The notes under the pieces: model-generated
Databases searched by the model: none
Told to the model about the DNA's origin: nothing
The model's input: only the letters and a program-made list of their open reading frames with translations
DNA from: Malacoraja senta
Lineage: Eukaryota
Direction of reading: 5' to 3'
Assembly: GCA_038087875.1 (NCBI GenBank)
Contig: CM075978.1
Location: 130,882,001-130,946,000, forward strand
Length of the DNA stretch: 64,000 bases
Program-made: the position numbers and the translations under genes
Part shown: piece by piece, positions 25,692 to 37,528 of the stretch
Numbering within the stretch: position 1 is the first letter of the stretch
How the letters are laid out: every line of letters begins with the position of its first letter

Positions 25692-26079
25692 TAAAGGGCC
25701 TGTCCCACTTATGCGACCTTTACAGGCGACTGCTGGCACCTGTGATAGGTCGCTGAAATTTTCAACATGTTGAAAATTCAGCGGCGACCAGAAAGACGCT
25801 ACGACTCTTTGGAGACCTCTCACGACCACAGACCTCTCATGACCATACAGGCGACCCCTGGCGACATGTCATGGATGACCTCTCATGACCATAGGAGACC
25901 TCCCACGACCATACAGACTGTATGGTTGTGAGACGTCTCCTATGGTCGTGAGAGGTCTCCAAAGAGTCGTAGCGTCTTTCTGGTCGCCGCTGAATTTTCA
26001 ACATGTTGAAAATTTCGGCGACCTATCACGGGTGCCGGCAATCGCCTGTAAAGGTCGCGTAAGTGGGACAGACCCTTTA
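25692..26079. mobile_element. Palindromic MITE (probably PIF/Harbinger-like)
   Basis: TAAAGGGCCTGTCCCACTTA...TAAGTGGGACAGACCCTTTA with ~135 bp inverted arms, internal GACCTCTCAYGACCA subrepeats and no coding capacity. The TSD is ambiguous (TA, or TAA/TTA). Confidence 0.85.
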
Positions 26080-26826
26080 GAAACTAAATTGGAAAGAAGA
26101 GGAAATGAACATCTGTTAAAAAAAATATATTAGAAACCATTACGCAGATCGGCAAAGCGATGAAAAATGCAAACAAGCTGCGGAATTTATTTACATCAAA
26201 GAGAATACAAAATGACTGAACCTCCGTGCTCAGGAATCTCGCCAGGTTGCACCAGCATAGGTCCACGTAAAAGAAGGACGGACGTATTCGGAAAAAAACA
26301 CAAAAGAGATTTGTAAGACATGCAGCAAATTAGTAATCATAGTTTCAGAAAAAAAGAATTGGAAATGAGCTAATAAAGATCTGTGAATTCCTGTAAGTAA
26401 ATTCTAAGCGGCAAGTGGAAGGAGCATTCTCGCAATGGCATGGAATCTAAAGCATTGGTCGTTGAAAGGAAACTGTTCCTAACTCATGTTATGCAGAGTG
26501 TCAACTTGTTATCGAAGCATTTGGTTAAGATAAACAATTTGCATGTTTTAAAAGAAAGCCAGTGAGAGAAAGCTAGACATCAGAGTACATGAGAGAAAGC
26601 TAGACATTGCCAAGCATTAGATCAAATAGGAGGTCAGATAAAGTCATACACAAGTAATTACAGCTGCGGACCGGCTGAGTTACGTTTCCATTTCAGTATT
26701 GTATATTGTATGTAAATCTATGAAAGGTGAGATAATAAATGTTGACTATTAATAAGGATTTTTATTTGGTTAATAACCAACTTTGGCTTATAGTAGAAAA
26801 TAACAAGTAGAATTTAATCAAGAGAG

Positions 26827-27040
26827 CTGTGTAAGAAGGAACTGCAGATGCTGGTTTAAACCGAAGATAAACACAAAAAGCTGGAGTAACTCAGAGTGAC
26901 AGACAGCATATCTGGAGAGAAGGAGTGGGTGACGTTTCGGGTCGAGGCCCTTCAAGGGTCTCGACCCGAAACGTCACGCATTCCTTCCCTCCAGAGATGC
27001 TGCCTGTCCCGCTGAGTTACTCCAGCTTTTTGTGTTTATC
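26827..27040. mobile_element. Penelope-derived head-to-head insertion
   Basis: 13-bp TSD TTAATCAAGAGAG at 26814-26826 and 27041-27053; ~90 bp inverted arms centred on CCCTTCAAGGG. Confidence 0.85.
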
Positions 27041-27879
27041 TTAATCAAGAGAGATACCGAAATGGCAGAGATGCAAGAAAATAGCCAATAACCGGAAGAA
27101 TATTGAGTAAATTGTAGGAACAATCCGACCTCGACATGTATGTCCACACGTCCGTAGCAGGTCAAGCCATTAGTGTAGTTAAATGGTCATGCGGGATGTT
27201 TATTTGTATCAGCCGACCTATATGATAAATGCAGAGACGCAATGCTACGGCTATATACAACTAACTACATCTGGTGTCCGTATACATTTCTGGTTACCAC
27301 GCTACAGGAAAGAAGTGTGGAGAATACATTGAGAGGACTGAAAATATGTAATTATCAGAAAAGCTGGAATTGATTGATTTGGAAGTCTGGGGGAAACTTA
27401 AGAGAGATGCAAAAGCTATGAGGGAGCCAGATAAAGTCAATAGGACGGACTTATTTTTCAAGGCAGAGGCAGGGGCATGGAAAGCCTGAAAAACCCGACG
27501 TCGAGGAATTACTAGAAGAATTAGCGGAAAGACGAAGACGTTTTTGTACTAGAAGGTGGGTTCTGTCCGGTGGGCAATTGTCTGAAATGAGGATAAAGTC
27601 GAAACACTCATAGCATTTGAAGAGAACTTGAATATGCACTTGGAACCATGACCCGTAGTACCAGGGGTCTATCACCAGACGTTGCCTTCAGGTTGGGCAG
27701 TTCTCGAACTACATGATGGACCAAATGTAACCCCCCCCCCCAACCCCACAACCACCAACCACCACAACTTTCCGAGTCATGATTTCCGTATGATTCAATC
27801 AGTCCATAGCTGGAGTTATAGTTGAAAGATAAATGGTTAAAGTAAATAGATGGGTGCATAAGTCGAAGCAAAACTGTAC

Positions 27880-28470
27880 CGTCTAAGTTCATGAGCAGCT
27901 TCTTCCCTCCAGCCATCAGACTAATAAACAAAACAACCTTCAAATATGCTCCGAACTACATTGACTTCGAGGCATTATATTTTGTGCCTTTGCATTATAN
28001 NNNNNNNNNNNNNNNNNNNNNNNNNNNNNNNNNNNNNNNNNNNNNNNNNNNNNNNNNNNNNNNNNNNNNNNNNNNNNNNNNNNNNNNNNNNNNNNNNNNN
28101 NNNNNNNNNNNNNNNNNNNNNNNNNNNNNNNNNNNNNNNNNNNNNNNNNNNNNNTGTTTAAGAAGGAACTGCAGATGCTGGAAAATTTGCTTAAAGAGTA
28201 CTATGTTTACATATCGGTTGTGCTGCTACAGGTAAGAATCGGAATAGTTGGATTTAGCTCTTAAGCCTAAGGGAATCAAGGGATATGGGGGAAAAGCCGG
28301 AACGGGGTACTGATTTTGGATGATCAGCCATGATCATATTGAATGGCGGTACTGGCTCCAAGGGCCGAATGGCCTACTCCTACACCTATTTTCTATGTTT
28401 CTAATTCCACTGTTCCGTTTCGGGACATATGACAAGACAGTAAAACACTCTTGACTTGACTTTTGACCTT
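27880..28470 (+). mobile_element. Rex1/Babar 3' end with nested CR1 tail (28245-28402) and a Penelope scrap (28158-28185)
   Basis: SSFFPPAIRLIN motif; the tail is split by a CR1 3' UTR and partly hidden by an N-run. Confidence 0.65.
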
Positions 28471-28769
28471 TTCTAATTGGGGACTAATTAAAGTGCACAA
28501 ATGTGTGGATATAAACATACAACCTTTCAGTAAATCAGTTCATGAGCCATTTTTGAAATTTGGCTTCGGCTGACAATTATGTAAAAGCAAGGCGCTTTCA
28601 GTGATATTATCACCGTTTATGCATAAACTGGTGTCTTGGAATTTGTAATATACGTCCCAATGTGTTCATATAACTCCCGCGAATGCACGGGGGGGAATGA
28701 TAACAATATGATTTAAGGTACCGTCCACTCACTGTACGGGTCAAAGGTTATCTTAAAATTAAGTTCAAA

Positions 28770-29060
28770 TATTAAACGGAAAATATTTTTATGACATTGG
28801 CAAAAGGAATTATTGATATTGATACCAGAACAAGTGACGGGGTAAAAACAAATCTGATTATTTCCCTCACTAATTAGAACACGCACATTTTGCCACTTCA
28901 TGCAACAGTCTAAAAGTTAAAACCTGTAGCAACTCGCTGTTGTTAATATGCCGGAAAGAAACTAGGCGCCAGCTTTATAATTAACACGCATCATACGCTG
29001 TTAGATAATTGAGGCATTTATTTTTTCAATAAAATTTCGGTATAAAGCCAGATATGTGCC
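28770..29060. promoter_or_regulatory. Candidate conserved non-coding element
   Basis: Unique sequence at the edge of the TE-free zone, dense in TAATTA/TAATTG/TGATTA cores (CTAATTAG, ATAATTAA, GATAATTG). Confidence 0.45.
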
Positions 29061-31779
29061 TTATTTACCATTATTATTTTCAACAACGTCATAATATGTT
29101 TTATGATGAAAAATTGGAAATGAATGAACTGGAAAATAGGTTGCCAAGATTATCATGTCTTTGTGATAATACTGACAAATGCTAAGCATGGCTTCCCAGT
29201 GACCCATTGCTTTGTTTTTCGATATGCTTACAGATCCTGTACAGTGAACTTAAGTAACGCTGAATCTTGGACGAATGATAACATACATTAGAATATACGT
29301 TTACATAGTGAAATTGGTCCTATCCCAATAATTATCCGGTAAAGATAATCTTCCTTTCCCTCTGGAAATCGCCCACCGTTACTGGGTTTAATTAAATGCG
29401 TAATCTAACTGCAGTGGAAACAATTAAAAACAACGGCTAATTCAACTGGTATTTAAACTATCGATTATTAAAGTTGATTATTGCAGCAATGACTATATAG
29501 CATATATCATATAGCCTTTGTTACAATATCTGACTATAACGTTCAGTCACAAGCGAGGGGAATAATAATCTGTCTCATCGTGTGAATGGTTAAGTGATAC
29601 CGAAGACAAATCTATAATTTATTCAAATCTTTTAATATGTCGCTATGTAGAGTAGTAATTTAGACAAGAATGCAATGGCAAGCCACAGACAATTGTTATC
29701 AGGTGTTGTACAATGTGGAATATAATTAGTTCGATACTTGTCATAATTCGTCATACAAATACTTGGCAACTATTGTAAACAAAACTCGCAGTTTCAATGA
29801 TCCACTGTTTAACTTTAAAACAGTTGATGGAAAACGCAGTGGGAGGGGAAGATACCAATTCTCAATTACTGTCACTGCTTTTACAGGACCTTTCTCCTTT
29901 TAGATTTCACACAGATATTGTGCACGATGGGTCATGCTACCGGTGCTGCGGTGATCACTAACCAAGGGGATAGATTCCCCAAACTGACTTAGTCTCGTAT
30001 ATTTTTTTTATTTTGGGGTTTAACTTAAAGTGGGTATTAATTCCACATGCCTTTTTGTGCTACAAAAATCGTCATCTCTGCCTTTTGAATAAAACCCAGC
30101 CAATGTATCGGAAAACAAGTTGAAGAGACTGTTGTCACGATTTTAATTGTATACTGTCACGCACAGGCAGTTGGATTCATAAATGACAGATGTAACCAAA
30201 CAATGGTTGTAACTATAACAATAAAGCATTATGCCATCGTTCTACTCACATTCAGATAGTAACTGGTAACCACTTCAGGTTTATTCAGCGGCCGTTCTTT
30301 CCATGGGAGAATTGTGATCTCTGGCGCTGTACAGTTCGAAGTTTGCGAAAAAGTTTGTCAAAAGGAACATGCGATGCATTCATCACAGTATTGCTAAGTA
30401 CTCTCTTTGCATTATAGTCGGTAACATACAAAATGGGTAATAACTGAAAATATTGATAATGAAAGAAAATTATGCCCAGTATGATTAATATCCTTGGTCG
30501 GAAATTGTACTATGAATGATCGTGTTTCAGTTATACTACAAATGAACATGTTTCAGTTCTTACATGGAAAAGCCCTGTAAGGTTATCAGTCTCGGATGTG
30601 GGATGGATATGCCAATTATTGGTTAAATAAAATACATTATGCTATCGCAGCGGAAGCATGCGCTGTAACTTTGAATATGTTACTACGTTAGCAAATGGGT
30701 CTTTTGGAGAAGAATATTGTATTGCCAAAGCCTCCTAAAATTAAGATCCTATTTTCTCATTCATTTATTCGTATTAATATTATTATTTAGTGAAGTGGCA
30801 CGATAATCCTCTAACATTAAAACCTTGCGCTTGAGTGACTCATCTGTTGAGTGCAATGCAGGCGATGGAAATCAATGTATCTGCTGCAGGCTAGGCTAAT
30901 GGATTAGAATTAGTCTATAGTGTAGAATGTTCGATAGCATGGGGGATGGTGATTCTTGAACCGGGATTGTGTAGCTCCCGTTTATCTATAACAAGCTGTC
31001 CGTAATCCAAATAAAGTAATCATCACCAGCATGAAAAGTTCCGGCAGCATTATTTCCTTACTGTAAGGAGAGTTCTCACACGCACAAATTAATGAAGGCG
31101 CTCAGCTAGTGAAACGGGAACTGATTTGGCAAATTGTTCTTTCATCATCTGTCAGCGGATTTTTTGGAAAATAAACAACATTAAAAGAAACCTTTTATCC
31201 TCACTTCGCTCTCCCTCGGGGAGCGCTATACATTTGTTTCGAATAATTTACTTTAAGATTCCAAAAGACTAATTGATTTTTAAGTGCTAACTCAGTGGGG
31301 GGGAAAGCACAATGCCATACGCCAAAAGCAAGCAATTGGCAATCGAAAGGTTACCTGAATTTCATGGCAATCGAGGTTTTTTTTATTCGGGAGAACTCAA
31401 GATGGGCATCTGCTTAGAGCCGCTCGAGGGACCGATTATGTAGAGGCAGTTAAGTCAACTTTTTTTGACTAAAGCAGATTGAAATGTCAAGCCGACTGAC
31501 CAATGAGCCATGATATCACCATATGATATTATATTGTGTTGAACTGGATTCAGTGCTTTTATTCATGTAACTAATTCGTTTTGACACATACACACATAAC
31601 CCGGTAGCAGGAAGCCCGGCGTTCACCCTTCACCCTGTCCTCCTCCCAATAACTTCACCACCACCCCTCTCCCCACCCCCACCACCCATCGCCACACACA
31701 AAAAAAACGCTACTAAATTTCTGGGCTCGGACTCACATCTTTGTTCAATTCATTAGAAGTAACGAGTTGACATAAGGTA

Positions 31780-31935
31780 AATCGGCGGTAAGGCGCCTTT
31801 ATTTCTTGTCTATAGGGCGACCTCATTAAATATCGCTAACAAGGCGTGCAAATCCCCTGATTGGACAGACGTCGTGTAACGCTCTGCCCCTTGCAGGATA
31901 TACACTTAATGAAGGCAACGGGAACAGTGACGGAC
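31780..31935. promoter_or_regulatory. Candidate conserved upstream Six3 enhancer module (~5 kb upstream)
   Basis: TCATTAA (31823-31829), CGCTAACAA (31834-31842), CAAAT (31849-31853) and ATTGG (31860-31864) in series. I recall this motif order from teleost six3 upstream enhancer dissection; alignment is needed. Confidence 0.6.
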
Positions 31936-32755
31936 AAGAATTTCCAAATGCACCAACTAAATGAGTGAGAGTTTGCAACCGTATCGTTTGAAACCTGTTT
32001 CCATTTTCAACACAAACTGCACATATTTTCCGAGGTTGATAGCAAATACGATTGTAAAAAGCAACGGATCCTAATCTATCAGAATCTTATTGTCCATATT
32101 CTGAAATGATATAAACATATTAAAATCCACAGCGTATTGGCCATCAATGTTTCTTTTAAATAAAAGTTTACAGCGAGCCTTCCCCAGACGCTTGATTATT
32201 AAAATTGCCCGGCATTTGTATAAAATATCGCAATTATAAGAACAAACTTTTAAAAGATTGGTGATTTCAGCAAATGCTTCGGACATCCGCTGCTGCTGAT
32301 TGCGCTTCAATATGTAAAGTCTCAACTTTGTTTTGAAATCCCCTCCGTGGGCTCATCCCTCCCGAGATCTGTCGACTTTTGACTTTGGGAGTCTCGAAAT
32401 ATCTGCGTCTCTGCATTTCTGACCCTTTGGACATTCCCGCTGCATCACTGGAAGACGCGCCCTTTCCACTTCCAGGACAAACTCCGGAGTAGTCCTGTCT
32501 CCCGAAAAACACTTCCTCGTTCCTTTGCTTCTCTGTATTGACCATATGTCCATAAACTGATTGACCAGGTTTTGCGACATTTCCCCTAATACCCCTCTAT
32601 GCGTCTCTTTGGTTATATTGAGTGTGTAGGAAATCGAGTTGCGTTTATGGGGCCGGATAAAAGTAATGTTCGTGTGATGATTGTAGTTGGTGAGGGGAAA
32701 AAATGGTTAGTCGGCTTTGCATCGTGCTGAAGCAATAGGGTTACAACTTAAGCGG

Positions 32756-32853
32756 AGGTACACAAAAATGTTGGAGAAACTCAGCGGGTGCAGCAGCATC
32801 TATGGAGCGAAGGAAATATGCAACGTTTCGGGCCGAAACCCTTCTTCAGACAA
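32756..32853 (-). mobile_element. Penelope-derived solo insertion with hammerhead motif
   Basis: 11-bp TSD AACTTAAGCGG at 32745-32755 and 32854-32864; its sequence resembles the repeat following the GIY-YIG ORF at 63950-64000. Confidence 0.85.
32822..32849 (-). ncRNA. Minimal hammerhead ribozyme motif (PLE type)
   Basis: Minus strand: CUGAAGA A GGGUU-UC-GGCCC GAAA C GUU. The core is intact with an NUH site and a possible 3-bp stem I (UGU/GCA). Expression and activity are unknown. Confidence 0.6.
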
Positions 32854-35800
32854 AACTTAAGCGGTGTCTTTTCAGCCCGGATCTGCGAGCGGGACTTCAA
32901 ATTGAAACTTATTACGCGCAGGTCATAACATAAAGCGGTTAATCGGTGGAATCTTATCGTAATCGCAATGTTACCGGCGTAGAGTTGGCTGAGAAGGGAG
33001 AATGCTCCACATTTCCAAATAAATGGCTGAATTACATTTTTTTTTAAATGTCCATAAACGACCATGAGTTGCCGTGACCTATTAGTTTTACTTTATAATA
33101 CTTTCCGCCTCATATTACAAAGACTGGACAAGCAACAATGGAATATGTTTTTTTAGGCGGCATACTTGCGGGTTATGATAAATTAAAACGAAATATTTCA
33201 TCTTTAAACATCCAATTAATATAATATTCAATTAATCAATATTACATGCATTCGACTTGATTGTGCATTCAAATTAGTCGTATGGTTTTCTATGTGATAT
33301 GTCAAGTGTACTGGAATTTGATTTTAGGCGGAATTTAAAATTTCCATTACTATGTAGATGTTTTTTTCCACCTGGTTGTAATTGTCTTTCATTGAGTTGT
33401 AACCCCTTGCATTTTAATGATTGAAAGTACAAACGCTACCCTGATTTATCCGTGATAAAACCAGATGAAAGCCAGACGCTGTAGCTTTACAAGTGCACCG
33501 ATACCAAAAAATGCTTATTAGTGAGAATAAGCCATACAGTTAAGTTAAATGGTTAATCCACGATCCAGTGCGAACATATCAGACACAGTACAATGAATGA
33601 TGTATGCAAAACTAAAAATGAATCATAAAAGTAATATATTTCAGCCCTGAGGATCAATGGCACACAGTTCAGGCAATAAACGAATCTGAGCTGGCTTGGT
33701 ATTGAAAATAACGTTAAGGGATACAGGTCCAGTGAAGCTCACATTTAACCAGCCACCTTAAAGATACAAGGTCAATGCAAGAGGAAGGAATAAAGGAAAC
33801 AGTAATGGAGGATACAAAACAAATTGAAAATTTAACAAGCAACACAAAACAAACAGAACAAAAGCCAAATTAATGCATCTAATTGTATTTGCGACACCAG
33901 GACCGGCAACAGTGGCAATACCACACCAAAGATATAAAATAATCAATTCGCCAATTCCACCCTGTGAAATAGGTAACAAGTCCAAAGTCGACGGTCCCAC
34001 GTTGGTTTAACAAAAAGAAAACACTATAGAAAGTTCTTTTTAAAAATCATTATAGCGTAATCATTCTACCCTATGCTAACAGATTCAACTAATAATATTC
34101 ATAACGTTATTAAATACATAATGATTCAACATTATTTTGAAGTATTAATACTTCCGCTTCCTCACCTCTGTAAACTTTACGGGTGATTAAACAGCGCTGG
34201 ACTTTCCACGTTAAATGATAACCGGGTTTTAATACTTTGGCAATACTGGCTCTTCAACCAGTCATATGCTGCACTGTTTGATGTTATGAAAAGTGCAAAC
34301 CGACAAGACTACAAAAACTTAAAATAATTTCAATTGAATGGAAACTTACAGGGAATTAATGCAAGGCATCTCCGGGGAGAATCCTGGATGTAGTAATCAC
34401 CTCTTTCGGATGCCGGTCTATCACTTTGTCTAATTGCAGAATGTCTTCATATTTGTGAAACTTTAATGTCTCTTTCTAGTTGGGAGGTTACAGTTACTTT
34501 GAGCTGGACAGGACTCAGAGCTTTGAATGAAGCTCGTTCATTGACGATCGCCGCTACAAACAGAAGCGGCCAGCTGCCGTCATTAAAAAGCGATTTACAC
34601 CCAGTACTCTGCACACAAAGATTGGGCGAATAATTATGTGCTTGTAGCTTTATGAATGTGTCTCTGGATGGGCTCTGACAAGCAAGTAGTTCTCCGCTTT
34701 TATTCTTAACACCTGCAAATGTATACATTATATATAGAAAAAAAATCTATACGTTTTTAAAAACTTTTTGACATAGTTGCACAGAACAAAAAAAAATCAT
34801 TAATACCACCTACCATTTACAATGATTAATGTTGAGGTGTGTTGCCGGTCGTTCGTGAGACTGCTCGATAGAATGTACAAGGAAACCTTTGCCTTTTTAA
34901 GGCGCTCTCCTTCAGCGAGCGGAAAAGCGCTTCCAATGTGCCTGAAACAAACACGCAAATAAATAAATAAATAAATGCGGATTACTCTCGCACCTCACAT
35001 GGTTAATCTGCGGGGATAATAATCCAACATTTTAGAAACATTTCGCCAAACATTCTTTCCCCACCCTTTTGTTTTGTGAAGCAATGAACGAAAATTAAAG
35101 TGATTACACAAATAGACATTATGCAGCTCTGAGCTCCCTATCCTCTTGTGTTGTGGCTGAATGAAACGATTTAGAGTATTTAAATGGGCGTTGATGATAC
35201 TTTTTAATAGAAATCTGCAGCAAATGTGTAATACAGCATCGCTGTTTCCAGTTGAACAACCTTCCCAACCGGATCTATTCATGTGCCACTTGGAATTAGT
35301 TCATGCGGATTGCCCGATGACAGGAGCGCAAACAGTTTGCAGTCCACTACCATACTCATACCACCCATTAGCGTTATTATCTTTGTGCACCGCAAATTCG
35401 CTCTGTTCCCCTTTCCCCCCCCAACAAAAACGGCAACATCTTTTCCTTTCCATTTGAGTTTGGAAAGCAGATCGTGCCATTACCGTACACCTCTCGTTTC
35501 CTCCGATCTGCTTTGGAATGTGGAAGAGAACTAAAAAAAAGTTTTGAATTCCTCAATGATTCCCCCCCCCCCCCCCCCGTAGAAAGGCGGCTTAGGATAA
35601 TTATTTCAGCTTTATTGAAAGCAGATTAGTTGAAGTCTGGATGCTGCGTTTCAATACGCGTTGTACAATCCGGTACAATGTCCGTATTGTTCGCTACTGT
35701 GTGTGAACCCATTGAAAATATACACTTTTTAACACCAAGTAAAGTCCTGTCTAAATATACACAGTAAGGCTGGAAAGACATCCATGACCCGTACAAATCT

Positions 35801-36639
35801 TTGTAAATCACACTTCCATAGTTACAGAAGCCAAACAAAAGAGCCAACAGCTCAAGATGCTGATTAAACCCTTCTTAAAGGCAAACATACCTAATCATAA
35901 AATATAGTGGGACTGCACCGATGACCAATAGAACGTCTGGCGCTGGTACCGATCGAATAATAGCTTTAAAACATAAACCATGATTTCAACAACTGCAAGC
36001 CAATGATTAAATAATACTTTGTTTTTGTTCTAATACAGCGTGTTACGTCTACCTGCGAATTATCCACATCCGTTCCATGGACTCCCACATAACCCTATCT
36101 GCGCGAAGTCCTTTACACAAGCTTCAATGATCCATGCTCAATGTACAGTATCATTATTTGCAGGATCCAAAAAAAACCCGGCTTCGGGTTGGCAGTTACG
36201 CTATTAATTAGGAGTTGCGAGCACCAGGAAAGCGCGATGCTAAAGACAGATTAAAACATACCCTTTCTAGATATAGACCCATGACATAAACATGGGTCTA
36301 ATGATCTCATTTTTCTTTTATTCCCCAGTACTATAAATGCTCATACCAGCAGAATGAAATGAAACTACGTGCAAATCATGTGTAAACTGTCCCACTTAGG
36401 AGCCCTCTATTCCAGCCAACACCACAGGCTCTCCCATTTGCTTCCCCCCTATCTTCCAGACATAAGGGGAATTGTAACGATCGCAGTAATATTTTCGCCC
36501 TCTAATCACTCGTCCCATTCAGCAATATGTGCGCGGTGAGGCTTTCACATGTGAACTTTTTGAGAGGTAGGTGGGCGATGTGGAGATGTATTTCAGATAA
36601 CCCCTGCACAGACCCGAAGTGGTGGATGCCTCTACGTTC

Positions 36640-36845
36640 CGCTGGTTGATTGGCACGCTTGACAGTGATAGACAGCGACGCCATGGCGACGGCACAACTA
36701 CACTGCAAGACCCAATAGAAAAAGCGAAAAAAAACACCGGCGCTCCACACAGTATTTGGGGGATATAATATGAGGGAGTGTGACATTAGTCGATTTCGTT
36801 GCATCTGACACGTTTTTGTGCTTTTTCAAATCATCAGGCCAGTCC
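36640..36845 (+). promoter_or_regulatory. SIX3 proximal promoter / 5' leader
   Basis: ATTGG 36649-36653, RFX X-box-like GACGCCATGGCGAC 36677-36690, CCAAT 36712-36716 and TATA-like ATATAAT ~36763-36769, all immediately upstream of the ATG. The transcription start cannot be determined from sequence. Confidence 0.7.
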
Positions 36846-37528
36846 ATGGTGTTCAGGTCGCAGCTAGAGCTGTACAGCGCTCTGCCTCTCCTGCCAAACT
36901 CAACCGAGAGCGCTTTTCTCTTCCTAGCCAGCTCCCAGCCCCAAGAAGAGTTGTCAATGTTCCAGCTACCGACCATCAATTTCACTCCGGAGCAAGTGGC
37001 CAGCGTTTGCGAGACGCTGGAGGAAACGGGAGACATCGAAAGATTGGGACGTTTCCTTTGGTCTTTACCTGTGGCGCCGGGGGCATGCGAGGCAATCAAC
37101 AAACACGAGTCGATCCTCAGAGCCCGGGCGGTTGTAGCCTTCCACACGGGCAACTTCCGAGACTTGTACCACATCCTGGAGAACCACAAGTTCACCAAGG
37201 AATCGCACGGCAAGCTTCAGGCGATGTGGCTCGAAGCGCACTACCAAGAGGCCGAGAAATTGAGGGGTCGCCCACTGGGGCCGGTCGATAAGTACCGCGT
37301 CCGCAAGAAGTTTCCCTTGCCCCGGACCATCTGGGACGGCGAGCAGAAAACGCACTGTTTCAAAGAGAGGACCCGCAGCTTGTTGCGAGAATGGTACTTG
37401 CAGGACCCATACCCAAACCCTTCCAAAAAAAGGGAACTGGCCCAGGCAACCGGCCTCACGCCGACTCAAGTAGGGAACTGGTTTAAAAACCGTAGGCAGA
37501 GAGACAGAGCGGCCGCCGCCAAAAACAG
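36846..37528 (+). CDS. SIX3: SIX3 exon 1 (N-terminus, SIX domain, SIX-class homeodomain)
   Basis: Translates as [11 protein letters not shown]...[75 protein letters not shown]...[70 protein letters not shown] marks the Six3/6 subfamily. The MVFRS N-terminal extension and the [24 protein letters not shown] residues match SIX3 rather than SIX6. ATG at 36846; phase-2 donor AG|GT at 37528/37529. Confidence 0.97.

Larger units (their letters stand above)
10381..28154. other. Seven N tracts (10381-10561, 12021-12259, 12462-12612, 13720-13854, 14116-14540, 18766-19055, 28000-28154)
   Basis: Runs of n, several adjoining simple repeats, so probably gaps or masking over low-complexity DNA. Confidence 0.95.

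Noticed and set aside
25512-26133. Two ORFs with the identical peptide MVVRGLQRVVASFWSPLNFQHVENF on opposite strands
   Set aside because: An artefact of the MITE inverted arms.
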